From: Candidatus Fervidifonticultor quintus
GTDB taxonomy: Bacteria > Sysuimicrobiota > Sysuimicrobiia > Sysuimicrobiales > Humicultoraceae
Assembly: GCA_031459535.1 (NCBI GenBank)
Contig: JAVKIJ010000001.1
Coordinates: 52,510 to 92,509 of the forward strand
Direction of reading: 5' to 3'
Length of the DNA: 40,000 nt
Shown here in pieces: positions 19,869-27,664 of this stretch (its first letter is position 1; each line of letters begins with the position of its first letter). The notes under the pieces are model-generated. The model was not told the origin of the DNA, did no database searches, and was given only the letters and a program-made list of their open reading frames with translations. The position numbers and the translations under genes are program-made.

Positions 19869-20534
19869 CTACGCAGCGTTCAGGATCTCAGCCAGGAACG
19901 CGGCCTCCGGCTGGGCACCTTCGAAGCCGCCGGTCTCGTTGATAACGACCTTCGGCACCCCGTAGACATGGTAACGGGCTGCCAACTCGGGGAACTCCAT
20001 GGCCTCGTACACATCGGCCCGAATCCGGGCTGACTCCTGCGCAAACGCGTGCGCCAGGCGCGCGGCCTTGGGGCAGTAGGGACAGGTCGGCGTCACGAAG
20101 ACTTTGAGGTGCACATCCCTCTGGAGGCTGGCCAGCGCTGCCCGGGTCTGCGCCGACAGCCCGCTGTCGCCGCGGGAGACCGCCACTAAGTCGTCGAGGA
20201 AAGCCGCGAACTCGAACCCCGACGGGATCCCGTAGTACCGTAGGTTGTTCTGGCCGTTGCGGCCGATCAGCACCGCCGGCAGGTGCTCGATGGCCAGGGC
20301 GCGGGCGGTGACCGGGTCGCCGGCCGTGCTGTGGACCTGCAGGCGAATGCGGGGGTCGAGGGCCGCGACCTCCTCGAGGAGCTGCCTGGTGGTTTCGCAA
20401 GTCTCGCAGTCGCGGCCGGGAACCGCCAGGCCCCCGATAGTGTTGACGAAGAGCCTCACCGTGACGTCGCCGGCTAGCTCAGCCTGGAGCCGCTGCCGGA
20501 CCTGCTCGGCCTGCTTGGCGCTCATGAGAGCCAT
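19869..20534 (-). CDS. Protein disulfide oxidoreductase (PfPDO/glutaredoxin-like, two thioredoxin folds)
   Basis: Two CxxC sites (CETC and CPYC) in a tandem thioredoxin-like architecture. The ATG at 20534 lies 9 nt after GAAGGAG. Confidence 0.8.
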   Translation of the reverse strand: MALMSAKQAEQVRQRLQAELAGDVTVRLFVNTIGGLAVPGRDCETCETTRQLLEEVAALDPRIRLQVHSTAGDPVTARALAIEHLPAVLIGRNGQNNLRYYGIPSGFEFAAFLDDLVAVSRGDSGLSAQTRAALASLQRDVHLKVFVTPTCPYCPKAARLAHAFAQESARIRADVYEAMEFPELAARYHVYGVPKVVINETGGFEGAQPEAAFLAEILNAA

Positions 20535-20581
20535 TGCGCATCGCTCCTTCCCAGGAATGTTCCCAGACGCGGGCATAACCG

Positions 20582-20595
20582 TACCCTGTAGGGTA
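20582..20595. promoter_or_regulatory. CsoR/CstR-type operator palindrome
   Basis: TACCC-TGTA-GGGTA is a perfect inverted repeat of the GC-tract type bound by CsoR-family repressors. It directly abuts the minus-strand -10 box. Confidence 0.55.
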
Positions 20596-20624
20596 TAATA
20601 GCAAACGTCTTGCGGATCTGTCAA
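20595..20624 (-). promoter_or_regulatory. Promoter of the sulfur-cluster operon
   Basis: On the minus strand: TTGACA (20619-20624), an 18-nt spacer, then TATTAT (20595-20600). Confidence 0.5.
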
Positions 20625-20650
20625 CAGGCTGGCGAGGCTGGCGCCGGCGG

Positions 20651-20679
20651 TTGCCGGTGGCGGAGCTGGGTGGTAGGAT
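20651..20679 (+). promoter_or_regulatory. Candidate secG promoter
   Basis: TTGCCG (20651-20656), a 17-nt spacer, then TAGGAT (20674-20679). It is divergent from the sulfur-cluster promoter. Confidence 0.3.
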
Positions 20680-20725
20680 AAGTTGACTTCGGGGGCCGCG
20701 GGGCCTCGAGGCCGCGTCTGGAGGG

Positions 20726-20950
20726 GTGGCGGTGAATGAAGTCATCCTGATCGTTCACCTGGTCGTGTCCTTGGCTCTGATCGGGATCATCCTGCTGCAG
20801 GGGCCCAAGGGCGAAGGGCTCGGCGCCATCGGCGGCAGCGCCCGGATGTTTCACGGACCGCGCCCGCGCGAGACGCTGCTCACGCGGATTACCGCCGGCG
20901 CCTCGGTGTTGTTTCTGGTGACGGGTGGACTGCTGGTCTTCTTGAAGTAG
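20726..20950 (+). CDS. secG: Preprotein translocase subunit SecG
   Basis: 74 aa with two TM segments and LLQGPKGEGLGAIGG, typical of SecG. The start may instead be the GTG at 20732. Confidence 0.85.
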   Translation: MAVNEVILIVHLVVSLALIGIILLQGPKGEGLGAIGGSARMFHGPRPRETLLTRITAGASVLFLVTGGLLVFLK

Positions 20951-21030
20951 CGCGACTGGCCGCGTGGGCGCCCAGGCGGCAGTGGAGGGAGCTCTGGCAG
21001 GAGGCCTGCCAGGGCTCCTCGCGTGGTGAG

Positions 21031-21405
21031 ATGCCCCCTGTCCTTGCCATAGCCCTGATGGTGGCCGCCGCGACCGCTCCGGCGCCGTCGTGGAAGGCGC
21101 TGTACCCCGGCGCGTATGGGGTGACCGTGCCGGCTGGAAGCGTCAAGATGCTGACGCTGCCCATCCCGTCCAGGCTTGCCAGCGCCGAGCGCCCGATGAG
21201 CTTCGCCTGGATTGTCCTCCGCCCTCTTCCCATCCCGGTCATGGTCGTCATGGAGCAGTGCAACCAACCCGACGTCTGCATTCCGTTGATCATGCGCGCG
21301 AGCGGTCAGGGGAGCGGGACGACGGTGACCACCTTCAGGGTGACCAATCGGAGCGGGCGGGCGCTGGACGTCCAGTTCCGTTACACCATCTGGGACGCGC
21401 GCTGA
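21031..21405 (+). CDS. Hypothetical small secreted protein
   Basis: Signal-peptide-like N-terminus (MPPVLAIALMVAAATAPAPS), GC-rich third codon positions and two Cys (CNQPDVC). I recognise no family. Confidence 0.4.
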   Translation: MPPVLAIALMVAAATAPAPSWKALYPGAYGVTVPAGSVKMLTLPIPSRLASAERPMSFAWIVLRPLPIPVMVVMEQCNQPDVCIPLIMRASGQGSGTTVTTFRVTNRSGRALDVQFRYTIWDAR

Positions 21406-21426
21406 GGGCGCTGGCGTCGGCGGCGT

Positions 21427-21456
21427 TTGACACCCCGAAATCGGCGTTCCTATAAT
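21427..21456 (+). promoter_or_regulatory. Consensus sigma-70 promoter upstream of tRNA-Leu
   Basis: TTGACA (21427-21432), an 18-nt spacer, then TATAAT (21451-21456), about 50 nt upstream of the tRNA. Confidence 0.55.
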
Positions 21457-21506
21457 GAAGTGCGCTTTCTCCCGACGGCCTCGGTCGGGCCCACCGCGCG
21501 TGCAAT

Positions 21507-21592
21507 GCCGGGATGGCGGAACTTGGCAGACGCGCACGCTTGAGGGGCGTGTGGGGTTTCCCGTGGGGGTTCAAATCCCCCTCCCGGCACCA
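21507..21592 (+). tRNA. tRNA-Leu (anticodon GAG), type II with long variable arm and encoded CCA
   Basis: Acceptor stem GCCGGGA/TCCCGGC. Anticodon stem CACGC/GCGTG with loop TTGAGGG. Variable arm TGGGGTTTCCCGTG. T-arm GGGGG-TTCAAAT-CCCCC. The 3' end is ACCA. Confidence 0.93.
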
Positions 21593-21641
21593 AGTGTTGT
21601 CAAGGCGATGGAGTCCGCCTGAACCGCCCTGACGGGCTGAT

Positions 21642-21671
21642 GGCTCCTACCCAACTCAGCGGGTAGGAGCC
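21642..21671 (+). terminator. Terminator-like hairpin after tRNA-Leu
   Basis: GGCTCCTACCC-aactcagc-GGGTAGGAGCC forms an 11-bp perfect stem. It is followed by the pyrimidine-rich CTCTCTGTT. Confidence 0.45.
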
Positions 21672-21704
21672 CTCTCTGTTCCCGCTGTCAACAGAGGCGG
21701 ATCC

Positions 21705-22901
21705 GTGGAGCAGGTCTGGTTCACCGCAGCCATCTGGCTTGGACTCGCCCTCATCGCCACCCTCCTGTCGATCTGGCTGCGGGTGTCCGTCGCCCTAACC
21801 GAGATCACCGTGGGCATGGTGGCCCAACTGGTCGTCGCGGGAATCGCCGGGCCGGGGGCGCTGGGTGCCCGGGAAGGATGGATCGCCTTCCTGGCCGGCC
21901 TTGGGGCGATGGTGCTCACGTTTCTGGCCGGCGCAGAACTCGACCCGGACTCCTTCCGAAGGAACTGGAAAGAGGCAACCGTCATCGGGCTCGTGGGATT
22001 CTTCGCGCCGTTTCTGGGAGCCACGTGGGCGGCGCGGGCCTTGCTGGGGTGGGGTGTCCAGGCCAGCCTGCTTGCCGGCGTCGCCCTCTCCACCACATCG
22101 GTCGCCGTCGTCTACGCCGTACTCCTGGAGCTCGGCCTCAACCGGACTGCCTACGGCAAGATCATTCTCGCTGCCTGCTTCATCAACGATCTGGGCACGG
22201 TGGTCGCTCTGGGCCTGATCTTCGCACCGTTCACGCTGCGCAGCCTGGCGTTTGTCGTGGGCCTGGGGGCGGGCCTTGCGGTATTGGTCCGGGCCACCGG
22301 CGCGCTTTTTGGGCGGTACGGGGGGCGGACTTCAGAGCTCGAGGCCAAGCACCTGCTGTTCGGCCTCTTTGTGCTGGGCGGGCTCGCGGTATGGTCGGGC
22401 TCCGAGGCGGTGCTCCCTGCCTACCTCATCGGCATGGTCCTGGCGGGCACCGTGGGCCGTGATCAGGCCCTGGTCAGGCGGCTCCGGACGCTGACCTTCG
22501 GGTTATTGACCCCCTTCTACTTCATCCGGGCCGGATCGTTCGTCGATGTGCCTGCGGTGGTGGCGGGTCTCGGCGTGTTCACCGTGCTCTTCCTGGCGAA
22601 AGCGGTCAGCAAGTTCGTCGGCATCTTTCCGCTGACGCGCCGGTACGGCTATCCCCACAATGAGGGCATGTACACCACGCTGTTGATGTCCACCGGCCTG
22701 ACGTTCGGCACCATCGCCGCGCTCTACGGCCTCTCTCACGACATCATCACCCAGAAGCAGTACTCGTTCCTCGTAGCCACGGTGATCGCGAGCGCTGTGG
22801 TACCCACCTGGGTGGCCAACAAGTTTTTCCTGCCGGTGCGCCATCTCCCGTCCGAGGAGGCACGCGACCCCCAAGATGCGCTGACGGCTGAGCCCGAGTA
22901 G
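21705..22901 (+). CDS. Cation:proton antiporter (Na+/H+ exchanger family, CPA-type)
   Basis: 398-aa polytopic membrane protein whose N-terminus AAIWLGLALIATLLSIWLRVSVALTEITVGMV is typical of the Na_H_exchanger family. GTG start. Confidence 0.86.
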   Translation: MEQVWFTAAIWLGLALIATLLSIWLRVSVALTEITVGMVAQLVVAGIAGPGALGAREGWIAFLAGLGAMVLTFLAGAELDPDSFRRNWKEATVIGLVGFFAPFLGATWAARALLGWGVQASLLAGVALSTTSVAVVYAVLLELGLNRTAYGKIILAACFINDLGTVVALGLIFAPFTLRSLAFVVGLGAGLAVLVRATGALFGRYGGRTSELEAKHLLFGLFVLGGLAVWSGSEAVLPAYLIGMVLAGTVGRDQALVRRLRTLTFGLLTPFYFIRAGSFVDVPAVVAGLGVFTVLFLAKAVSKFVGIFPLTRRYGYPHNEGMYTTLLMSTGLTFGTIAALYGLSHDIITQKQYSFLVATVIASAVVPTWVANKFFLPVRHLPSEEARDPQDALTAEPE

Positions 22902-22929
22902 AGATGCAGGAATGCGGAGGGAGCGGACA

Positions 22930-23349
22930 ATGATCACGCACATCCTCATTGCTCACGACGGTTCCGATGTGGGGCGGCGGGCGGTTGAAGTCGGCACCGA
23001 CCTGGCCCTGCGCTATGGGGCGAAAGCGACTCTGCTGACGGCGATTCAATATCCCGCCTATGCGGCCACGGTGGACGAGGTCCAGGGCGCCGACGAGGAG
23101 CAGCGGGCCTTCGCCGAACGGGTCCAGCGTCAGGCGATCGAGTACGCTCGGATGCGCGGCCTCGACATGTCGGTCGCGATTGTGGCGGGCCATCCGGCCG
23201 AGGTGATCGTGGACTATGCAGGGCAGCACGGGATTGACCTGATCGTGATGGGACATCGGGGGCTGTCCGGGTTGAGGCGGTTTCTGGTGGGCAGTGTTGC
23301 GGACCGAGTGGTGGATCACGCACCATGCATGGTGTTGGTGGTGAGGTAG
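22930..23349 (+). CDS. Universal stress protein (UspA family)
   Basis: ILIAHDGS and the C-terminal GHRGLSGLRRFLVGSVADRVVDHAPCMVLVV. The ATG at 22930 lies 6 nt after GGAGGGAG (track start 22912). Confidence 0.9.
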   Translation: MITHILIAHDGSDVGRRAVEVGTDLALRYGAKATLLTAIQYPAYAATVDEVQGADEEQRAFAERVQRQAIEYARMRGLDMSVAIVAGHPAEVIVDYAGQHGIDLIVMGHRGLSGLRRFLVGSVADRVVDHAPCMVLVVR

Positions 23350-23461
23350 GGGGCCGGGACGCGGCCCGGCGGCTGACGCCCACTGTGACCGGTGTGGGAC
23401 TGACCAGCCTGTTCTTTTGACTGGAGTCATAAGCTGGTCCCGGCGCTCATCGACGCCGGGC

Positions 23462-25078
23462 CTACGGGCTCGCCGCAGACACGGGGCTTGGGGGCATGCC
23501 GAAGACGCGCCGATACACGTCCTCTCCATGGCTGGTGGCGAGCGGCTCGCCTTCCAGGATTCGGTAGGTCCGACGCCCGTCGGGGAGTCGTTCGGCGCGA
23601 AGGAAGAGAGCCTCATCCAGTTGCTGCCGGTGCAGTGAGCGTGCGAGATCGAACAGGTGGGTGACGAAGACGATTCGCACACCGAGGTCCGCGAGCGCTC
23701 GGAGCACCTGGCGCGCGATCTCTGATCCTTCGCGCTCGTTGGTGGCAGCAAAGGACTCGTTGAGAAGAATGACAGAGTCCGGGCGGACGTGATCGATGAT
23801 CTCACTCATACGCCGCAGTTCTTCGTCGAACTTGCCGCTTCTCATCTCGACGTCCTCTTCCCTCTTGAAGTGGGTGAAGAGACCGCGGCAGAGGCTGGCG
23901 TGGAACGAGCGGACCGGAACGATCATACCCGCCTGCATCATCAGTAGCGCCGTGCCGATCGTGCGCAGGAAGGTGGACTTGCCGCCGGAGTTGGGACCGG
24001 TGATGATCAGGAGATTCTTCCGGTTCGCGTAGAGGTCGTTGGGGACCACGGGGCTATCGAGAGTCAGGGCGAGAGTGACGTCGTGCAGGCCCTGAAACGA
24101 CAGCCGCCGCTCGCTCGCGGGAGAGGGCAGGGGCAGGGACGTGGGGTACCCCTTGCGGGTCAAGGATTCGTGGAGATTCAGACAGCCGATGTAGAAGGCG
24201 AGTTCCGCTCGCAGCATGGTGAAGAAGTCGCGCACGTGGTTGGCGGCTTGGCCCAGGGCGTCGGCGGCCGAGGCAGTGGCCCGATTGCGGAGCTCGGCCA
24301 GGGCCTGGACGCCGGCTTCGTCGCGGGGGGAGAGCTCGAAGCGATAGGTGGCTGGGTGCTCTTCGAAGAGGTTCTTCCACCAGTCGATCCAGGCTCGCCT
24401 GCGGGCCGAGGTCCGGTGCAAGCGGTAGTGGGTGCCCTTGTTGGCGGGGCCGAGCTCGGCACTGAACAGCAGGCCGTGTGGGAATGTGAGGTCGTGCAGG
24501 TGGCGTTCGACCGCTGTGAGGTAGTCGCCGCCGAGGTTCTGTTGGACCATGGCGAAGAACGTGGTCCAGGCCTGGGCGCCGAAGTGCCGTGCGTGGAACT
24601 CGGCGAGGTCGCGGAGCTTCCGGAGCGGTCCGAGGAGCTTCGTCATCGTCTCGCGGGAGTCGCGGAGCACCCAATCCGGGTAGCGAGAGAGCACGCCGAG
24701 ATAGTGCCCCCTCAACGGTTCTGTGGCTTCCACCGCGAGGGCGTAGAGATGGCGGACCACAGCCGGTTGGCGGAGGCAATCGGCCAGAACACACTGACGA
24801 TACAGAATCGTGTCGAGATCACCTTGCACGGCCTCCAGGAGGACTCTGCGGCTGACCTCAAAGACCCAGTCGTCGCCCCGTGCCATGGCGTCCAGGAGGG
24901 GAATCAGGGCCAGGTCCCGCTCGAGGTCCTCGGCGTTCCAGGGAAAGCCGGCATGGGGATTGAAGCCAGCGGGACGGGAGCGTCGTTGTCCAGTACGCGC
25001 GGCGGTGCGCTCCACTGCCGCCTGCTGTACGTGCTCCCAGTCCAGATCCAGCGTGGGATGCAGAAGGTGGGCCTTCAT
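23462..25078 (-). CDS. MutS-family ATPase B (domain V plus helical core; no mismatch-binding or Smr domain)
   Basis: Walker A GPNSGGKST, Walker B region VILLNESFAATNEREG and H-loop FVTHLFDL. The ATG at 25078 overlaps the upstream stop (ATGA). The track ORF extends to 25243 inside the upstream gene. Confidence 0.85.
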   Translation of the reverse strand: MKAHLLHPTLDLDWEHVQQAAVERTAARTGQRRSRPAGFNPHAGFPWNAEDLERDLALIPLLDAMARGDDWVFEVSRRVLLEAVQGDLDTILYRQCVLADCLRQPAVVRHLYALAVEATEPLRGHYLGVLSRYPDWVLRDSRETMTKLLGPLRKLRDLAEFHARHFGAQAWTTFFAMVQQNLGGDYLTAVERHLHDLTFPHGLLFSAELGPANKGTHYRLHRTSARRRAWIDWWKNLFEEHPATYRFELSPRDEAGVQALAELRNRATASAADALGQAANHVRDFFTMLRAELAFYIGCLNLHESLTRKGYPTSLPLPSPASERRLSFQGLHDVTLALTLDSPVVPNDLYANRKNLLIITGPNSGGKSTFLRTIGTALLMMQAGMIVPVRSFHASLCRGLFTHFKREEDVEMRSGKFDEELRRMSEIIDHVRPDSVILLNESFAATNEREGSEIARQVLRALADLGVRIVFVTHLFDLARSLHRQQLDEALFLRAERLPDGRRTYRILEGEPLATSHGEDVYRRVFGMPPSPVSAASP

Positions 25079-26607
25079 GGACGAACGCGTTCTCGGATCG
25101 CGTCGTACGTCAGGCCGTGCTTCCGCGCCAGTGTCAGGGCGTAGGCAAGGCCGTCGGCGGGCCGCCGGACGATCTTGAAGGTGCGCACCTCGGGATTGTC
25201 GGGGGTGACCGTGGCGACCATGCTGACGGTCTTGGCGCTCCACGAGGCCAGCTCATCGAGGAATGTCACCCACACGCAGAAGGCGTCGAGCTCCGAGATG
25301 GCAGAAATGACTTGTCTGGCCAGAGAAAGAGCATCGCGCAAGGTGGTGGAGGAAAAAACCTCGTTGATGACGAGGACACTGCTGGCTGTGGCAGCTTGGA
25401 GGATCTGGTGGATCCTGAGCACGTCGTGCTCCAACTGGCCCTGGGGGCTCGCGACGGGCTCCCCTCGTTCGAAGTGGCTGAAGATCCGATCCGGCAGAGA
25501 TAGCCGCGCTGAGGCGGCTGGGACGGGGCATCCCAGTGACGCTAGGTAGTGAAGCTGACCGAAGGTGCGGGCAAAGGTGGTCTTTCCACCCTGGTTTGGA
25601 CCGGTGACGATGATGATGCGCTCCGGATCATTCAGGCAGAAGTCGTTGCACACCGGCAGGGAGCCCTCTCGGACGAGTCTGGCCGCCAGCGCCAGATCGA
25701 AGCACTGATGAGCGTACACCCGCTGGGACGAATCGCCGATCCGAGGATAGCAGAAGTTCAGACCCGCACGCTTCATTGGTGCGATGTACTCGAGATAAGC
25801 CATGTAGAATTGCACTTCTCGGTCAAAGGCCTCGATAGCGGGTTCGAGGAACGATCCATGGGCGCCGCGAAATGCGGCGAGGTCGGCGAAGAGTTCGGGG
25901 TACAGGGCTGCGACGCCGTCGAGGACTTGGGCCTCGACGTGGTTCATGTTGGAGGAATTTGGGAAGGTGAACTGGTAGCCAGAAGAGTGGGTCTGGCGGA
26001 AGCGTTGGAACGTGTGGGTGATTTCTGCGCTGTAGTCGGTCTCACCCTGGTGGTGGCGCACCTCGACGAGCAATCCGCGGATGAGGGTAGCGTAGCGGAG
26101 CGAGGAAAGCGCAGCCCGAAGACGGTCGGCTTCGTCTCTGAGTTGCCTGAAGGCCGGCCCAGATGCGTAGGCGAGGAGGAAGCGGCGAAACTCCAGGAGC
26201 CCGGCGGACTGAAGTCGCGCGGCGGAGAGGTGCTCGGCTAGGCGGGAAACGGCGTGGCAGTAAAGCCCGACGGCATCCAGGAACCAGCGCTCCTGCTGCC
26301 GCTGCCAGTACGCTTCTCTGGAGAGAGCGAGATGCGATCGAACGGTGCGCATGGCCGATGCAAAGTCAGCCACCTGGGCGAACAGCATGGAATCTTCCAG
26401 ATCCTTCATGACCGCCTGGCGGAAGAGGACCCCGCGGACCGAGGGGAGAGGGGTGTAGAAGAACGGGTTGAGATGATACTCCTCGCGGCCGGCGGCGACG
26501 CCGTTGACGACTTGGTCGAGAAGCAAGTCGGTAAAGAACGGCGGAGGCTCTGGCTGGAGGACCAGGCGCGCCTGATCGGGCGGAAAGAGCAGGCTCAGCC
26601 TCGTCAT
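25075..26607 (-). CDS. MutS-family ATPase A (domain V plus helical core; degenerate H-loop)
   Basis: Walker A GPNQGGKTT and Walker B region VLVINEVFSSTTLRDA. WVTFLDEL occupies the place of the MutS TH motif. The ATG at 26607 overlaps the TPR gene stop (ATGA). Confidence 0.85.
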   Translation of the reverse strand: MTRLSLLFPPDQARLVLQPEPPPFFTDLLLDQVVNGVAAGREEYHLNPFFYTPLPSVRGVLFRQAVMKDLEDSMLFAQVADFASAMRTVRSHLALSREAYWQRQQERWFLDAVGLYCHAVSRLAEHLSAARLQSAGLLEFRRFLLAYASGPAFRQLRDEADRLRAALSSLRYATLIRGLLVEVRHHQGETDYSAEITHTFQRFRQTHSSGYQFTFPNSSNMNHVEAQVLDGVAALYPELFADLAAFRGAHGSFLEPAIEAFDREVQFYMAYLEYIAPMKRAGLNFCYPRIGDSSQRVYAHQCFDLALAARLVREGSLPVCNDFCLNDPERIIIVTGPNQGGKTTFARTFGQLHYLASLGCPVPAASARLSLPDRIFSHFERGEPVASPQGQLEHDVLRIHQILQAATASSVLVINEVFSSTTLRDALSLARQVISAISELDAFCVWVTFLDELASWSAKTVSMVATVTPDNPEVRTFKIVRRPADGLAYALTLARKHGLTYDAIRERVRP

Positions 26608-26945
26608 GGCTTCGGCATCTGACGCTCGCATCGTAAGAGCAGCCCGCGCGCGGGCTCGAATCCTGGTTGGTCGTCGAGGATCTCGCGCAGGATCTTCGCC
26701 GCGTCGGCGAACTGGCGTTGCTCGACGAGACTGTGGGCGAGGTGTAAGCGAAAGTGTGGTTCATACGGGTTGAGCCAAACAGCCAGCCGGAAGAAGCGCT
26801 CGGCAGGTTGGTACGCTTCGCACTTCATGAGATGTGCGCCGATTCGATCCTCGGCGTATCCCAGATGGGGACTAGGGCGCAGCAGTTCGTTGCGTCGCTC
26901 GTGAGGCGTGCCCCGGGTTCGACGCGCCGCCGCTACCATCGCCAC
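26604..26945 (-). CDS. Small TPR-like repeat protein
   Basis: About two TPR-like helix pairs (AERFFRLAVWLNPYEPHFRLHLAHSLVEQRQFADAAKILREIL). The start is either GTG 26945 or ATG 26939, and both overlap the upstream gene. Confidence 0.6.
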   Translation of the reverse strand: MAMVAAARRTRGTPHERRNELLRPSPHLGYAEDRIGAHLMKCEAYQPAERFFRLAVWLNPYEPHFRLHLAHSLVEQRQFADAAKILREILDDQPGFEPARGLLLRCERQMPKP

Positions 26946-27661
26946 ACCACGCCCGGCGCACCCACGTACTTGTGGAGCACACGCTGCCAGGAGGTGGCCT
27001 CCCCCTGGCTCATGGGCTCGTGCCTAAACCGATAGTCGTGCTTTCGCCAGAATTCCGACAGGTCGTTCAACAGACCCTCCAGGAGCGCTCGCTCCGCATT
27101 CGTTAGCCACTCGAGGTCCGAGGAGGACTCGGTCTGGGTCATCACGGTGGCGAGATGTCGGAGACACAACCCCAGGCTCGACGCGTAGCGGGCGCGGAAG
27201 TCCTCGTCCGGCAGCGCCTGGGCCGTGGCCCACGTGTACCGCTCCTCCGCCTGCCACTGGTCGGCGCAGGCGAGGCAGGGCCGCTGGGGAGTCAGCCATG
27301 CTGACAGGCTGCGGCCGAGCCCTCCGTTCGATCCACCGAACAACGCCAGGCGCAGCCCGACGGGCTGACTCACGCGTCCAGCGGCTTCCGTAATGAAGGT
27401 GTCATAGAACTCCTGCAGCAGATGGCGATAGACAATGGCGATGCCGGTCTGGCTGTCCAGGATGTGTGTCAACCGCCAAGCGTGCGCCGCGCAGAAACCG
27501 CGCGAGGCGAGCAGGTCCTCTCGGGTCCAGGGGTCATTGACCCGCTCGTACAGAAATCCGTCGATCAGCCGCTCGACCCCCTGCACGCTGAGATGACAGA
27601 CCGCGCAGTGCTGCCAGTCGAGGGCATGATAGACCGCGAGGAACAACTGGTCGTGCTGCAT
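26933..27661 (-). CDS. Cys/His-rich protein with duplicated CxxC...CxxH module (DUF6062-like)
   Basis: CAVCH...FCAAHAW and CLACA...LCLRHL sit in equivalent positions in the two halves. The C-terminus has KHDYRF...SW. It resembles my recollection of the uncharacterised DUF6062 family. Confidence 0.7.
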   Translation of the reverse strand: MQHDQLFLAVYHALDWQHCAVCHLSVQGVERLIDGFLYERVNDPWTREDLLASRGFCAAHAWRLTHILDSQTGIAIVYRHLLQEFYDTFITEAAGRVSQPVGLRLALFGGSNGGLGRSLSAWLTPQRPCLACADQWQAEERYTWATAQALPDEDFRARYASSLGLCLRHLATVMTQTESSSDLEWLTNAERALLEGLLNDLSEFWRKHDYRFRHEPMSQGEATSWQRVLHKYVGAPGVVWRW

Positions 27662-27664
27662 GGG

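Noticed and set aside
26877-27003. An apparent 1-nt inconsistency when I hand-translated the printed sequence around 26880 and 27000. It could have suggested frameshifts in the TPR and DUF6062-like genes.
   Set aside because: The supplied ORF track shows both ORFs intact across this stretch, and the two discrepancies cancel out. It is most likely my own reading error, so I deferred to the track coordinates.
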